From positions 328,989 to 392,988 of the forward strand of contig OZ244924.1 of assembly GCA_965221925.1 (NCBI GenBank): a stretch of 64,000 nucleotides of DNA. Reading direction: 5' to 3'. Positions 19,293-29,070 of the stretch are shown one piece after another; within the stretch, counting starts at the first letter, position 1, and each line of letters opens with the position of its first letter. This stretch comes from Dehalococcoidia bacterium (lineage in GTDB: Bacteria > Chloroflexota > Dehalococcoidia > Lucifugimonadales > UBA2985). The notes beneath the pieces are model-generated. The model saw nothing but the letters and a program-made list of their open reading frames with translations, ran no database searches and was not told where the DNA came from. A program made the translations under genes and the position numbers.

Positions 19293-21245
19293 TCAGCGTA
19301 TCTTGCCTGTGGCGCAATGAGCACGGACAGGGCAGTCCCCGCACTTTGGGGCGCGAGCCGTACACGTCAACGCACCGAGGTCCAGTAGCGCCTGATTCCA
19401 TTCGGCGGTCGCGCCCTTGGGTCCAGCCAACTGGTGCAAGTAGAGCCGTTGGCGCCAAGGTCTAGAGGTCCCCCCCATCAACCTTCGTGCAATCCTCGTA
19501 GTGTTTGTGTCCATTAGGATACTGCGACGTCCAAAGGCAAAACAGAGCACGGCGGATGCAATGTAATCCCCCACACCTGGTATGGCTACCAACTCCTGCC
19601 AGTTATCGGGCACATCGCCATCCAACCTCTCCTGCACAAATGTTGCAGCAGAAGTGATGTTGTCAGAGCGCCAGCGAAGACCCAACGTGGACAGTAAGGG
19701 TTGCAGCGTTTTCGAGTTATCCAGGAATTCTTGAGGGGTCCGCCCCAAGGCGAGCAATTCTTCTCCGATCTTGGCCACCTGCGGTGCCCTTGTTCGGTGG
19801 AGGCACATCTCAACCAACAGATGTTGCCAGGGAGTCAGGGATGAACTCCTCCAGGGGAATTCCCGCCCACTGTGGTTGAACCACCTTGCCAAGGCATCTC
19901 GAAAGTGGCCGTCAGTTGTTTCATCGCTAGAGCCAGGATTCGCCAGACTCTCGCTGGCCGAGTGAGCGTTGAGCGTCCGCAAGAGGGACGAGGCAATGGC
20001 CGATGCCAGCATGGGAGGAACCGCATTTCCGATCTGCTGGAACCTGGTGGACGGAGGCCCAGCGAAGCGGAACCTGTCCGGAAAAGTCTGAATCCTGGCG
20101 GCTTCCCGAATGGAGAGAGTGCGGTGCTCGCGGGGATGAATGTACCAGTACCCATCCTTTGCGATGTGAGCCGTAATAGTCCTCGACAGATCATTGAATG
20201 AAAGCCTGAGGTACTTGTCGTCAAATATGTCTGACCTGTACCGCCTGAGACGTTCGGGGGTGTCCAGGTACGTGTCTCCAGGTTTCATGTGACTGTAAAT
20301 CTCAGCGTCGTCCGGGCGAACAGCTCTCGTAATGTGGTCACGGATCAAATAGGACTCCTTGCCCCTCAAACCCCTTCGCAACAGCCTGGCTAGTGTGGTT
20401 GTCGGCGGGCCATCGTACAGCAGGGCCTCCTCACGTGAATCCGCCTGAACGACGGGAAGGTCTCCTATGGCCTGGCCAACCGTTGGCCGCCTCCCCATGG
20501 GCTTAGGCCACTCAAACTGACCATTCCCTTTGATTCCGACCACAAAGAGCCGAGAGCGGTGCTGTGGAACTCGGTACTTCCACGCCTCCAGTACATCCAC
20601 GTGCACCCTGTATCCTCGATGCTTCAATTCATCGAGCAATGCGATTAGCAGTGCCCCACCCTGGGACTGGGTGAAATTCGGTACATTTTCGAAGAGAATT
20701 ATACTGGGCTCCAGTCGGTCAGCAATAGCAAAAAAGCTCTGCCAAAGGTCGGCCCTCTCGTCACGAGCTTGGCGGTGCCCCTTCCTCACTAGGTCGCCGA
20801 TCTTTGAGGCTCCGGCTATTGAGAAGGGCTGACAGGGAGGTCCGCCTGCTACTAGATCGACCTTGCCGATACCCCACTCGTTCAGTTGGCTGATGAATCC
20901 GTCGGGTTTGGAGAGGTCCCCCGTCCACGTGAGGCCCTGGATGTTGGCGGCATACGTCTCGGTTGCCACTCGGTCAGAGTCAGCTGCGGCGACTACAGAG
21001 AAACCTGAGTCCTCTAGACCAAGGCTCAGGCCGCCCGCTCCGCAGAACAGATCAACGGCCCAAGGGCGAGGACGGCCTTTCAACCACGCCCCAACCGAGT
21101 CAGGGTCAGTGGGGTCGGGAGAACTTGGGTGCGGATCGAGCGCTATCCGGGTCCCACGGCGAACTTTCACGCCGTAACGCGACTGTCCCTCGGCAGAGTC
21201 GAGAGGAATTCCCAATGCCTCGTCCACTTTGGAATGACCAACCAT
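19293..21245 (-). CDS. DNA (cytosine-5)-methyltransferase fused to a C-terminal HhH-GPD (EndoIII/MutY/Mig-like) glycosylase domain with 4Fe-4S motif
   Basis: C5-MTase motifs: DLFCGAGGLSLG (I), GGPPCQPFS (IV), ENVPNF (VI), QIGNAVPP (X). C-terminal half: GVGDYIASAVL hairpin, MDTN aspartate, and CTARAPKCGDCPVRAHC, which is C-x6-C-x2-C-x5-C. Confidence 0.85.
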   Translation of the reverse strand: MVGHSKVDEALGIPLDSAEGQSRYGVKVRRGTRIALDPHPSSPDPTDPDSVGAWLKGRPRPWAVDLFCGAGGLSLGLEDSGFSVVAAADSDRVATETYAANIQGLTWTGDLSKPDGFISQLNEWGIGKVDLVAGGPPCQPFSIAGASKIGDLVRKGHRQARDERADLWQSFFAIADRLEPSIILFENVPNFTQSQGGALLIALLDELKHRGYRVHVDVLEAWKYRVPQHRSRLFVVGIKGNGQFEWPKPMGRRPTVGQAIGDLPVVQADSREEALLYDGPPTTTLARLLRRGLRGKESYLIRDHITRAVRPDDAEIYSHMKPGDTYLDTPERLRRYRSDIFDDKYLRLSFNDLSRTITAHIAKDGYWYIHPREHRTLSIREAARIQTFPDRFRFAGPPSTRFQQIGNAVPPMLASAIASSLLRTLNAHSASESLANPGSSDETTDGHFRDALARWFNHSGREFPWRSSSLTPWQHLLVEMCLHRTRAPQVAKIGEELLALGRTPQEFLDNSKTLQPLLSTLGLRWRSDNITSAATFVQERLDGDVPDNWQELVAIPGVGDYIASAVLCFAFGRRSILMDTNTTRIARRLMGGTSRPWRQRLYLHQLAGPKGATAEWNQALLDLGALTCTARAPKCGDCPVRAHCATGKIR

Positions 21246-23293
21246 CAGTTGGACTCCACCGAGAAACCGAGTGCAGCCGCCCTGTCAAGAATCTCGACTG
21301 CCCGTTCGGCATCCTGGGGTTTGATGCTATTCCCCCTCTGCAAGGCTCTGCCAACCCGTACGGCGGTCTGCCGCTGGCTGGCATCGAGCGAGCCTGTTTC
21401 CACGCCCCAACTGGCGAGCATCGTCCAGCCCTCTGAGGTCACCTCAACCAACCTCTTTAGATTCCCCACATGGTCTGAGGAGAGGTTCGACATTGAGCGC
21501 TTCTGTTCCCTGCGGGTTGCTTCTACATTGAGCAGTTCGGTCGAAATGCGGTCGATGGGCACCCGAGAAGCAGAGTTGCGGACAGCATCCCAGCATGCTT
21601 CGGCCTTGCACCATTCGGTGATGTTACGAGCGGTTGGAGGGTTGGTGATGATCCGATGCACATCATGGGAGAGTTCCGCTATCACCTCCTGCAGATTCGG
21701 CGTTAGGGTCTGCTCCCTCCAAATCCTGTCTAGGTCGATTCTCTGACTCGTGGCATTCGAGAGCAGGGCGATCGTGTAAGTGACGATGTTGGCCCTGTAT
21801 CCACCAAGGTTCTGCCGCTGCACGATGCGCTCGGTCGTTCGGAACAGAATCGCCTTGGCCACCAACCGTTCGAAATGGGTTCGTTCGACCTCCATCTGGT
21901 CGTGTTCCCCAAGTCTAATCATGTAGTCCGAGAAGTTCTTCTGCGCCCCCCGGCTCACGACATGAGGCAACTGCCCCCAGGTGTTCTCAAACTTCGCAAG
22001 GTCGGTCTTTGTGAACCGCTGCCCTGTGGGATGTTCAGCCAAGAAGGCCCTGCGCCTGGCAGGTGTCGTCTGAGACGCCCTGGCGTCCTGATACTGCCCG
22101 CGAGCGCGCTCGTAGAACCATCTTGTTTGCCTCTGCGACCCACCTACCGGAGGGGCCCACATGGTTCTTGAGAGCTCTTCAAGGCGAACATGGAATGGAT
22201 CGTTTGCTGAGAAATCAGCCTCAGAGATGCGATTCTGCGAGTTGGCGTAACGTGAGACGTTTCTGACCAACTCGTCATGGACATCGCCAGCGTCCACCTC
22301 TATCAGCTTAGCTGCTACATAGATCTGAGAGAGGTCGGCACGTCCCCGGCTGGCAGCCAACAGCGAGGCCGTTGTCTGTCCACCATTCACTATCTGTAGA
22401 CCTTCCAGCCTCGCAACACCAACACCCTCTCCCGTATCAATCAGCTCCACCTCTTCGGCGGTTAGCGTAATCCCGTTGTTGTAGGCGAGGAACCTCTCAG
22501 GCTCTGTATTGATGGTGTCGCGGATACTGCGGTTCACCTTCCCACGAGCCTGGAGGAATGATCTGACGTTCGTCTCCAGCAACCGGGGCCCGTGATCCGC
22601 ATAGATACCGCGCAAGACCGCCCCCGGAATGAGCAGCAGGAATGCCCGATACCCATCCTGGGCATTGTCGGCTTGGAGGCATGGAAGCGGCTCCCCGTAG
22701 CGTTCCATCAAGTCAATCGAAATGGCATCTCGCCGACGGCCTGAGGTGCTCTCGCGATGAAGCCTGACGACATCCCACAGGGAGCAAGTGACAGCAATGT
22801 CCCCGAGGTAATAATCGTCTGGCACTCTCTCTACAGTGGTCCTGCCATCGGTGATCACACACAGCTTTGCCTTGGCCAGATTTGTTCTGGAGCCATGGAT
22901 GTGTGCCGCCATATCGAACACTGGGGACGATTCCTCCAGTTCTACGTATCTGCCGTCCAGGCACCATTCGAGGAAGGAGCGCAGCCTTCTGAAAGCGACT
23001 TCAACCCTCTGCCTCGTAACCGTCTCTGGTGGAGTTGAATTGGTGTGAATGCTGAGGAACAGCTCGACCCGCGCCTCATCCTCATCCACTGAGTATCCGC
23101 TGACCTCCATCCCACGCGCCCTGTGGTAACAGACCAGAGGATCCTCGAATTCGCCTGCCTCGGAGAGCAGGTCGAACACGGTCTGGGTGAACAGATCAGA
23201 GAGCATCATGTCCTGCTCAACAGACTCGGCCTGTGCGAGCACGTCTTGGCGCAGGTTCTCTGCGAATTCCTCAATTGAGTGCTGGGTGGTCAT
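21245..23293 (-). CDS. AIPR (abortive-infection phage-resistance) family protein
   Basis: 682 aa. The central block ETNVRSFLQARGKVNRSIRDTINTEPERFLAYNNGITLTAEEVE...IVNGGQTTASL matches the AIPR family as I recall it. Its stop overlaps the MTase start (TGATG). Confidence 0.7.
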   Translation of the reverse strand: MTTQHSIEEFAENLRQDVLAQAESVEQDMMLSDLFTQTVFDLLSEAGEFEDPLVCYHRARGMEVSGYSVDEDEARVELFLSIHTNSTPPETVTRQRVEVAFRRLRSFLEWCLDGRYVELEESSPVFDMAAHIHGSRTNLAKAKLCVITDGRTTVERVPDDYYLGDIAVTCSLWDVVRLHRESTSGRRRDAISIDLMERYGEPLPCLQADNAQDGYRAFLLLIPGAVLRGIYADHGPRLLETNVRSFLQARGKVNRSIRDTINTEPERFLAYNNGITLTAEEVELIDTGEGVGVARLEGLQIVNGGQTTASLLAASRGRADLSQIYVAAKLIEVDAGDVHDELVRNVSRYANSQNRISEADFSANDPFHVRLEELSRTMWAPPVGGSQRQTRWFYERARGQYQDARASQTTPARRRAFLAEHPTGQRFTKTDLAKFENTWGQLPHVVSRGAQKNFSDYMIRLGEHDQMEVERTHFERLVAKAILFRTTERIVQRQNLGGYRANIVTYTIALLSNATSQRIDLDRIWREQTLTPNLQEVIAELSHDVHRIITNPPTARNITEWCKAEACWDAVRNSASRVPIDRISTELLNVEATRREQKRSMSNLSSDHVGNLKRLVEVTSEGWTMLASWGVETGSLDASQRQTAVRVGRALQRGNSIKPQDAERAVEILDRAAALGFSVESN

Positions 23294-24315
23294 ACCAAAC
23301 CCTCAAGGAGTTTATGGGGCCGTTCCTCCGCCATTCGGAAGGAGCCACAAGAGGCCGTTGACACCAAGTACCGCACGTCACTTACTCCGGGCTGGAGTTC
23401 ACCAGACACGATTCTTGGGAACCCTTCGCCAACCCGGAATGCGTACAGGGACCGAAGGCTGTATCCGATTTCGGAGTACGTGCCTGAGTCATCGCTGAGA
23501 TAACCAGACAGGTCCAGTCTGTGATCCAACAGGTGCAAGCAGCCATTTGCCGAGGCCATTGAACGGACGGAGCCAACCAAGTCAGGCAGCGTCTCGCCAT
23601 GGCCCACTCTGCCATCCAGGGACAGTCCGAGGAGCAACAACGCAACATCGTCCGGAACCTCCAGCTGCCGTTCACTGGAGATCGCCAGACGATCCAGACT
23701 GGCCGCCGTGCTGGTCTTCACCTCAATGCACGTGGCCCCTAGGTGGAAGTCCTGGTCAGAACCCATTGGGCCTCGCCATCCATTCACGGCAGCAGTCATG
23801 CCCACTGCTGGCACGACGACTTCTCTGAGCACCCACAGTTCGCCCCACAATCCCTGTTGTGTCTCCTGGCTCAACCCTCGTGGTCCGAGTCTCCTGAGAA
23901 GCTGTTGCCAGTCTGAGAGCCGCGCAAGAAATCGCCTTAAGCCCTCCCCTTCATCCTCGGGTTGCTCAGCAGCTTCAACCAGATCCCGCACCAAGAGGTC
24001 AAAGATGTCCCGGTGTTCCGAGTCGATCAGGGACAGCACCACCTCAGCCTCGTTGTCTTCCGCCTCCCTGGGGAGGACGCGCACAGTCAATCCACGCGAG
24101 TCCGGAACCTCTGGCAGCCCCGATGCCGAGTTTGCCGCAATGCGGAGTATGAGCATGCGATTCCTAGTGGGAATCTCCAAACCGAGAAATACGTCTCGCC
24201 GTCCGGAAGGCAGCAACCGACGCTGCACCCTTCCGGGAACATCGGCGATGCGGGTGTCCGCCTCCAAGTGACTCCACACCTCTACTAGATTCAACTCTCC
24301 AACTCCTCCTGCCAA
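23290..24315 (-). CDS. PD-(D/E)XK motif protein
   Basis: 341 aa. GLWGELWVL...SDQDFHLGATCIEVKT is a D...E-x-K nuclease-type core. ATGA overlap with the AIPR gene. Confidence 0.6.
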   Translation of the reverse strand: MAGGVGELNLVEVWSHLEADTRIADVPGRVQRRLLPSGRRDVFLGLEIPTRNRMLILRIAANSASGLPEVPDSRGLTVRVLPREAEDNEAEVVLSLIDSEHRDIFDLLVRDLVEAAEQPEDEGEGLRRFLARLSDWQQLLRRLGPRGLSQETQQGLWGELWVLREVVVPAVGMTAAVNGWRGPMGSDQDFHLGATCIEVKTSTAASLDRLAISSERQLEVPDDVALLLLGLSLDGRVGHGETLPDLVGSVRSMASANGCLHLLDHRLDLSGYLSDDSGTYSEIGYSLRSLYAFRVGEGFPRIVSGELQPGVSDVRYLVSTASCGSFRMAEERPHKLLEGLV

Positions 24316-27038
24316 TAGACGGAGTTCACAACGTACTCGACAGGCGTATCGATCTCGGCAGCGGGGAAGCTCGCAGCAAATCCCACAAATGGCACCCCAT
24401 CGTCGTCTACTTGCTCAAGCGGGTATATCAGGAGCAGTCCATTCTTAGGATCCCGGACCCGACGAATATGAGGCCCGCTGGGTCTTCTGGGTTCAGCGAA
24501 GTGTCGGCTACCCTCTCGGTCATTCCGGTGCTGCTGCACGGTTTGCTCCAATGCTAGCTTCCACTGTTCGTCGGTCAGGTCGATCACTTCGTCGGTGGGG
24601 CTGACAAGCCGGCGAATTCGATATACCTCTGTCTGGTCCAGACTGTCTGCTAGATAGGCCGCTCTCCGAAGTGGATAGACTTCGTGGCCCCCCAGTACTC
24701 TGGCCTGCCCACCGCTCTGGTTTGAGATGAGGGCCACCGTCCAACTCTCCAGGCCGCCCAGGGGGTTCTGCAAGTGGATGTACCTTGCCAGATAATCACC
24801 ACGAGCCTTACGAGACCCCGGATGTACACGGATGTCGACCAATAGCTCCGCAACGTTCTCACCAAGCACGTCACGCCAGACACGGTTGCCCGTTGAGAGC
24901 GGGGCTGTAGATCCGAGGGAGGCGATGAAGCGATTGAACCGCTCGTGATTCCTGCCATTCACAGCAGCGGCACGGTCGAACGAAATTGTCTCGCTGATTC
25001 CTGCGGAATACGAGACGGTCATCCTCATTCCATTGCGCATCTTGTTGGCGGCTGTGATGACAAGACCCGCGGGATGACTCCTCACTCTCAGACCAAACTC
25101 ACTGGGGGTCATCCCCCTGTCGGCCATCAGGTCAAACTCCTGCCTGAGCTCGTCGGTGGCCATCGTAATATGGCTGTAGAATTCCCGCAGTTCATCCGTT
25201 GTATAGAGCCGACAGAGGTCCACATAGCCGGGTCTGTAACCGAACCACCTACCCATCTGGAGGAGGGTGTCATACATGCGGGAGGCGCGTAGGTAGTAGC
25301 TGACGGACAAGCCCTCAAGTGTGAGACCACGAGACAGCTTGTCGCCGCCGATTGCTATCGCACTCAACCCGTCGGGGTGGTCCCAGTAATCAAGGGCGTC
25401 CTTCGCGGCACCATTGATTACCTTCACCTGAATCCTCTGTGAGGATTCAACCAGTTTCGACTGAACAGCGTCCCATGATACGTCGGTGCAGCCGACCATC
25501 AGATTGGAGTAAAGCCTCCTCACGGATCGGGAGCTCGGCTCGAAGTCCTCAAACCACATGTCCCGCAGCTGGTCAAGAATGGGGTAGGGAGAAGCGCCGT
25601 CTCCATACCTGATGCGATTCTGTAGGTCCCTCAGCTCAAACCTAACGAGGTCGGCCACCTGACTCTGCACGTCAACGAACCTGGTGACATGAATCAGCAT
25701 TGAGTTGTGCTGTCCCTCGTGCCCACGAGCGGCCCTGACAGCACAGGCGAGGATGAAGGCCCGCATAGCACTGGTGAGTGAATTGGGGAGTTCGTCAATG
25801 GTCAAACTGCTCCTATGGACGTTGGGAATCTGGTCCTCGTGGTCACTGACGACCCGGACGAGTGGCAGAGCAGGAATCGGCCCCACGTCATCATCATCCC
25901 TGGCCGGTAGGCCGAACACCTTGGTTGGCCCGACGTGATTACTTGGAACCGGCAGGTTGATTAGGAAATCACGTGGAAACAAATCCTGACCAAATCTGCC
26001 CGCCTCTTGGTCGGGATAGATGAAGATGTTTGCAAATGGTGTAGCGGTGTACCCGATATAGACACTCTGCTCAAACGCGTTCAGGAGTTCACGAATTCTC
26101 CCGTTGATAACGGTTGGGTCTTCATCATCACCAGTAGTAGCGGGCCTGGTATTGACGGATGCGAAGTCAGCCTCGTCGTCGATCACCAATGTGGGAGTGT
26201 TTGGTATGGACTCTTGAGGTCCCAAGAGGCTCAGGGACTTAGCCCAACGCGTCAGGTTTCGCAGGACCGAACCGTTCTTCTTGACCACCATGATCACCGG
26301 ATCACCTCCCAGTCTGACATTGAACTGGTTGGCGATTCTGAGATTGAAGTCTCCCGTCTCCTCAGCATTCGTTGAGGGGATGGCCCTGAGCAGAGGTTCA
26401 CCAATCAGCGTTCCCACGCCGACACGCTTGTTACTCGTGTCCAATGCCAGGTTGAGTCTCGTATCCCATCCGAGAAAGCCCTCGTCAAAGCGCAACTGGG
26501 TCTGGGCACGAAGGCTGTTGGTCATGCCAGTCAGCACCACGATGAATTTGTAGCCGGAGTCCGCCGCCTTGCAGATCAACTCGATATAGTTGGACGTCTT
26601 GCCAGACTGCACCTCCCCTACGACCATCCCTCGTCGGTCCCATGCGCCTGGCCTAGCAGGGTCCTCGATGAGCTCGAGGATGCGGTCTGTGAGGTCATCT
26701 GATCGCTGGAGTGTCGGGAGCGCCCAGCCCTTCCTTTCCTTCAGGAACCTCTGATAGCGCCTCGTAAAGCTCCAGCCAATCGAAGCCCTGCGGTCAGGGA
26801 GCCACGGAATGTGATCGGTACTGTCGTCCGTAAGGGTCGAGGCGGACCCGACAACCACATTCAGGTTCGCCTCCAACTCCCTGACGAGCGCGTCGACATC
26901 GATCTCTGCGCTGGGTGCCTGGGCCTTCACTGCTTGAACAGCGTTCTCAGCGGCACTCCTGACTGCCGCTTCGTCAGGAGGAGCACCCACACCCAGCAGG
27001 TTGAGAGCTATGATCCTGGCTGTCTCCCAGTCACTCAA
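24291..27038 (-). CDS. Z1 domain protein (P-loop / DEAD-like ATPase N-terminal half)
   Basis: 915 aa. Walker A VVGEVQSGKTSNY, Walker B/DEAD-like LVIDDEADFASV, and a long C-terminal Z1-like region. Confidence 0.7.
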   Translation of the reverse strand: MSDWETARIIALNLLGVGAPPDEAAVRSAAENAVQAVKAQAPSAEIDVDALVRELEANLNVVVGSASTLTDDSTDHIPWLPDRRASIGWSFTRRYQRFLKERKGWALPTLQRSDDLTDRILELIEDPARPGAWDRRGMVVGEVQSGKTSNYIELICKAADSGYKFIVVLTGMTNSLRAQTQLRFDEGFLGWDTRLNLALDTSNKRVGVGTLIGEPLLRAIPSTNAEETGDFNLRIANQFNVRLGGDPVIMVVKKNGSVLRNLTRWAKSLSLLGPQESIPNTPTLVIDDEADFASVNTRPATTGDDEDPTVINGRIRELLNAFEQSVYIGYTATPFANIFIYPDQEAGRFGQDLFPRDFLINLPVPSNHVGPTKVFGLPARDDDDVGPIPALPLVRVVSDHEDQIPNVHRSSLTIDELPNSLTSAMRAFILACAVRAARGHEGQHNSMLIHVTRFVDVQSQVADLVRFELRDLQNRIRYGDGASPYPILDQLRDMWFEDFEPSSRSVRRLYSNLMVGCTDVSWDAVQSKLVESSQRIQVKVINGAAKDALDYWDHPDGLSAIAIGGDKLSRGLTLEGLSVSYYLRASRMYDTLLQMGRWFGYRPGYVDLCRLYTTDELREFYSHITMATDELRQEFDLMADRGMTPSEFGLRVRSHPAGLVITAANKMRNGMRMTVSYSAGISETISFDRAAAVNGRNHERFNRFIASLGSTAPLSTGNRVWRDVLGENVAELLVDIRVHPGSRKARGDYLARYIHLQNPLGGLESWTVALISNQSGGQARVLGGHEVYPLRRAAYLADSLDQTEVYRIRRLVSPTDEVIDLTDEQWKLALEQTVQQHRNDREGSRHFAEPRRPSGPHIRRVRDPKNGLLLIYPLEQVDDDGVPFVGFAASFPAAEIDTPVEYVVNSVYWQEELES

Positions 27039-28611
27039 CTGCCATCTCCTTCAGCAAAGCATCCACAGTTGGTTCCACCAATTCAAAGCGGTCACCAATT
27101 GCCTCAGTAGAGTCCAATCGGGCGAGAGCCTCGGGATGGGCCATCCCAGTGTTCGTGAAGGCCGTGTAGAGAGCACGAATCAGCTGTATTATCTCCCTGT
27201 CTCCAGCCGACTCGAAGGGCTGACTCTGCGATTCGTCGCCCTCGGCCATATCAACCCATATCTGCTGCACGGGAACGTACTCCTCGACCAAGCGCAGGAT
27301 TTGCTGCAACTTCGCGGAATCAATGGATGCGGCCTCCAATGCCTCCTTGACAAGCGGATGGGCACGGTTGATGACATATGACACCTTGTTCCCCCTGACA
27401 TGCCGCTGCCATACGAAGACAGGGCTCTTCCTGGCCGTTCGTGCAAGTGACTTGCCGCGATGTCGATAGACGCTAACGGCTCTCTTGCGCACCGCCTGAG
27501 CGACACGGCGAAGACCATCTCTGTACCGCAATGGGGGGAGGGCTTTCGACTTCCGAACATCGATGTCCCACTCATGATCGGAGGCGTTGGAAAGGTCGAG
27601 TTGGATACGGGCCAGCTTGTAGTGTTCTTCCTTCACGAATCCCAGCCCAAGCCAATCGCCTGCGAGAAGAAGCCGTCGGTTTCGATAGACGTAGAAGCCC
27701 TGCTGAGCGTTCCACCCAGCTGGGCCACCTGCCTCTCGGTGTTTCTCACCGGAGAGCCGGGAATGGTGTGGGAGTACGTAAGGTATGACAGCCAATGAGT
27801 CGCCGGAATTCCCCAACACCTCGGTTGGCAGTCGCTGTGTTGCAGCTTCGTTCGAGAGGAAAGGGTCCCATGGCTTGACCATCTGACCATTGAGCCATAT
27901 CGAGAGAGGATTCCGTTCTGTCATGAAGCGATGGAACACCATCGCAATGTGTTCCTCCACCCCCCTTAGAGCGTTGTGGAAGTGTCGCTGTGTTAGTGTA
28001 TTGTCAGCCCCAGCTTTACCCACCAACCTGTCAAGCTTGTTCCAGATAACAAGGGTCCCGTTGTTCAGCCCACACAGCCGATCCATATGGTGTTCAGCAA
28101 TGGCTCCAACCGGGACTTTCAGCAATTGCCAGTCGCCGGCAGATGCCAAGTGGTCTAGGTCCCACCTCCTGATATGTACTCCGGTGTCGTTCGCAGTGTG
28201 CGTTGCAACGGTCAGTGACCTTGCCTGCGAAATCGAAGCCGTCTTCAAGCCCAAACCGTAACGCCCCAAGTCGTAGGGGTCACGTTGTTCCTGTGGACTC
28301 TTAGAACCGATTCTCATCGCGTCGATCAGGCTCAACTCAGCCATCCCAGATCCGTCGTCAAGAATAGACACCCAGGAGTCCGCGCCGGCCCAGTGAAAGT
28401 CTAGCCAGACATTCCGGGCACCGGCTGTGATGCTGTTGTCTATTAGGTCAGATATGGCGTCCGGCAGGGAGTATCCGGTCGCTCTCAGCGACTCCATGAG
28501 GACATCGGCCTTGGGCGCAACGACATCAAAAGAGCCTTGATCCACAGCGCCAGAGGGAACTACAATCATGGGACTCCCCAATAGTGACTGTTTATCGAAA
28601 TCACAGGCCAC
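27031..28611 (-). CDS. GHKL-superfamily (MORC/MutL-like, HATPase_c_3-type) ATPase
   Basis: Bergerat-fold motifs: DLIDNSITAGA (N box), ILDDGSGM (G1), GRYGLGLKTAS (G2). 8-nt overlap with the Z1 gene. Confidence 0.75.
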   Translation of the reverse strand: MACDFDKQSLLGSPMIVVPSGAVDQGSFDVVAPKADVLMESLRATGYSLPDAISDLIDNSITAGARNVWLDFHWAGADSWVSILDDGSGMAELSLIDAMRIGSKSPQEQRDPYDLGRYGLGLKTASISQARSLTVATHTANDTGVHIRRWDLDHLASAGDWQLLKVPVGAIAEHHMDRLCGLNNGTLVIWNKLDRLVGKAGADNTLTQRHFHNALRGVEEHIAMVFHRFMTERNPLSIWLNGQMVKPWDPFLSNEAATQRLPTEVLGNSGDSLAVIPYVLPHHSRLSGEKHREAGGPAGWNAQQGFYVYRNRRLLLAGDWLGLGFVKEEHYKLARIQLDLSNASDHEWDIDVRKSKALPPLRYRDGLRRVAQAVRKRAVSVYRHRGKSLARTARKSPVFVWQRHVRGNKVSYVINRAHPLVKEALEAASIDSAKLQQILRLVEEYVPVQQIWVDMAEGDESQSQPFESAGDREIIQLIRALYTAFTNTGMAHPEALARLDSTEAIGDRFELVEPTVDALLKEMAVE

Positions 28612-28632
28612 ATCTGCGTGTACCTGGTATTC

Positions 28633-29070
28633 TCACTCACGGAACTCCCCTAACCAGCGTACGTTGTCGATGCTTGGGCTTGCCGTCCGATAGAATCGCT
28701 CGTCGGCGGTCCACAGCTCGCAACCGAGGTTCTCGGCAAGCGCCAGATAGTGGGCGTCGTAGGCGGCGCCCTGACCGAATCGACTTGCCATCTCCAACGC
28801 CTTTCCGTGGAGATTCCACGGCTGATGCAACTCAATCTGAGAGGTGAGCAGGTTTCCGATAAGGTCAACCGCCCCCTCAACGCTCAACTCCCCTCGGGTC
28901 ACTCTCTTGTGGAGCGCGTTGGATACCTCGAACGGCAGCAGGTGGGGAGCGGCTGGAGTAACGTCCTCGTTATGCCACACCCGAAGAAGCGCCAGAGCCT
29001 TGTCAGTGTGCTCCTCCCTCACCAACCACTTGAAGGCAAGGCTGGCGTCTACAACCACGAAGCCGCTCAA
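28633..29070 (-). CDS. vapC: PIN-domain toxin (VapC-like)
   Basis: 145 aa. N-terminal VVDASLAFKWL acidic residue, later AYDAHYLALAE and LWTADERF, which is the PIN acidic quartet pattern. 4-nt overlap with the upstream antitoxin gene. Confidence 0.75.
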   Translation of the reverse strand: MSGFVVVDASLAFKWLVREEHTDKALALLRVWHNEDVTPAAPHLLPFEVSNALHKRVTRGELSVEGAVDLIGNLLTSQIELHQPWNLHGKALEMASRFGQGAAYDAHYLALAENLGCELWTADERFYRTASPSIDNVRWLGEFRE

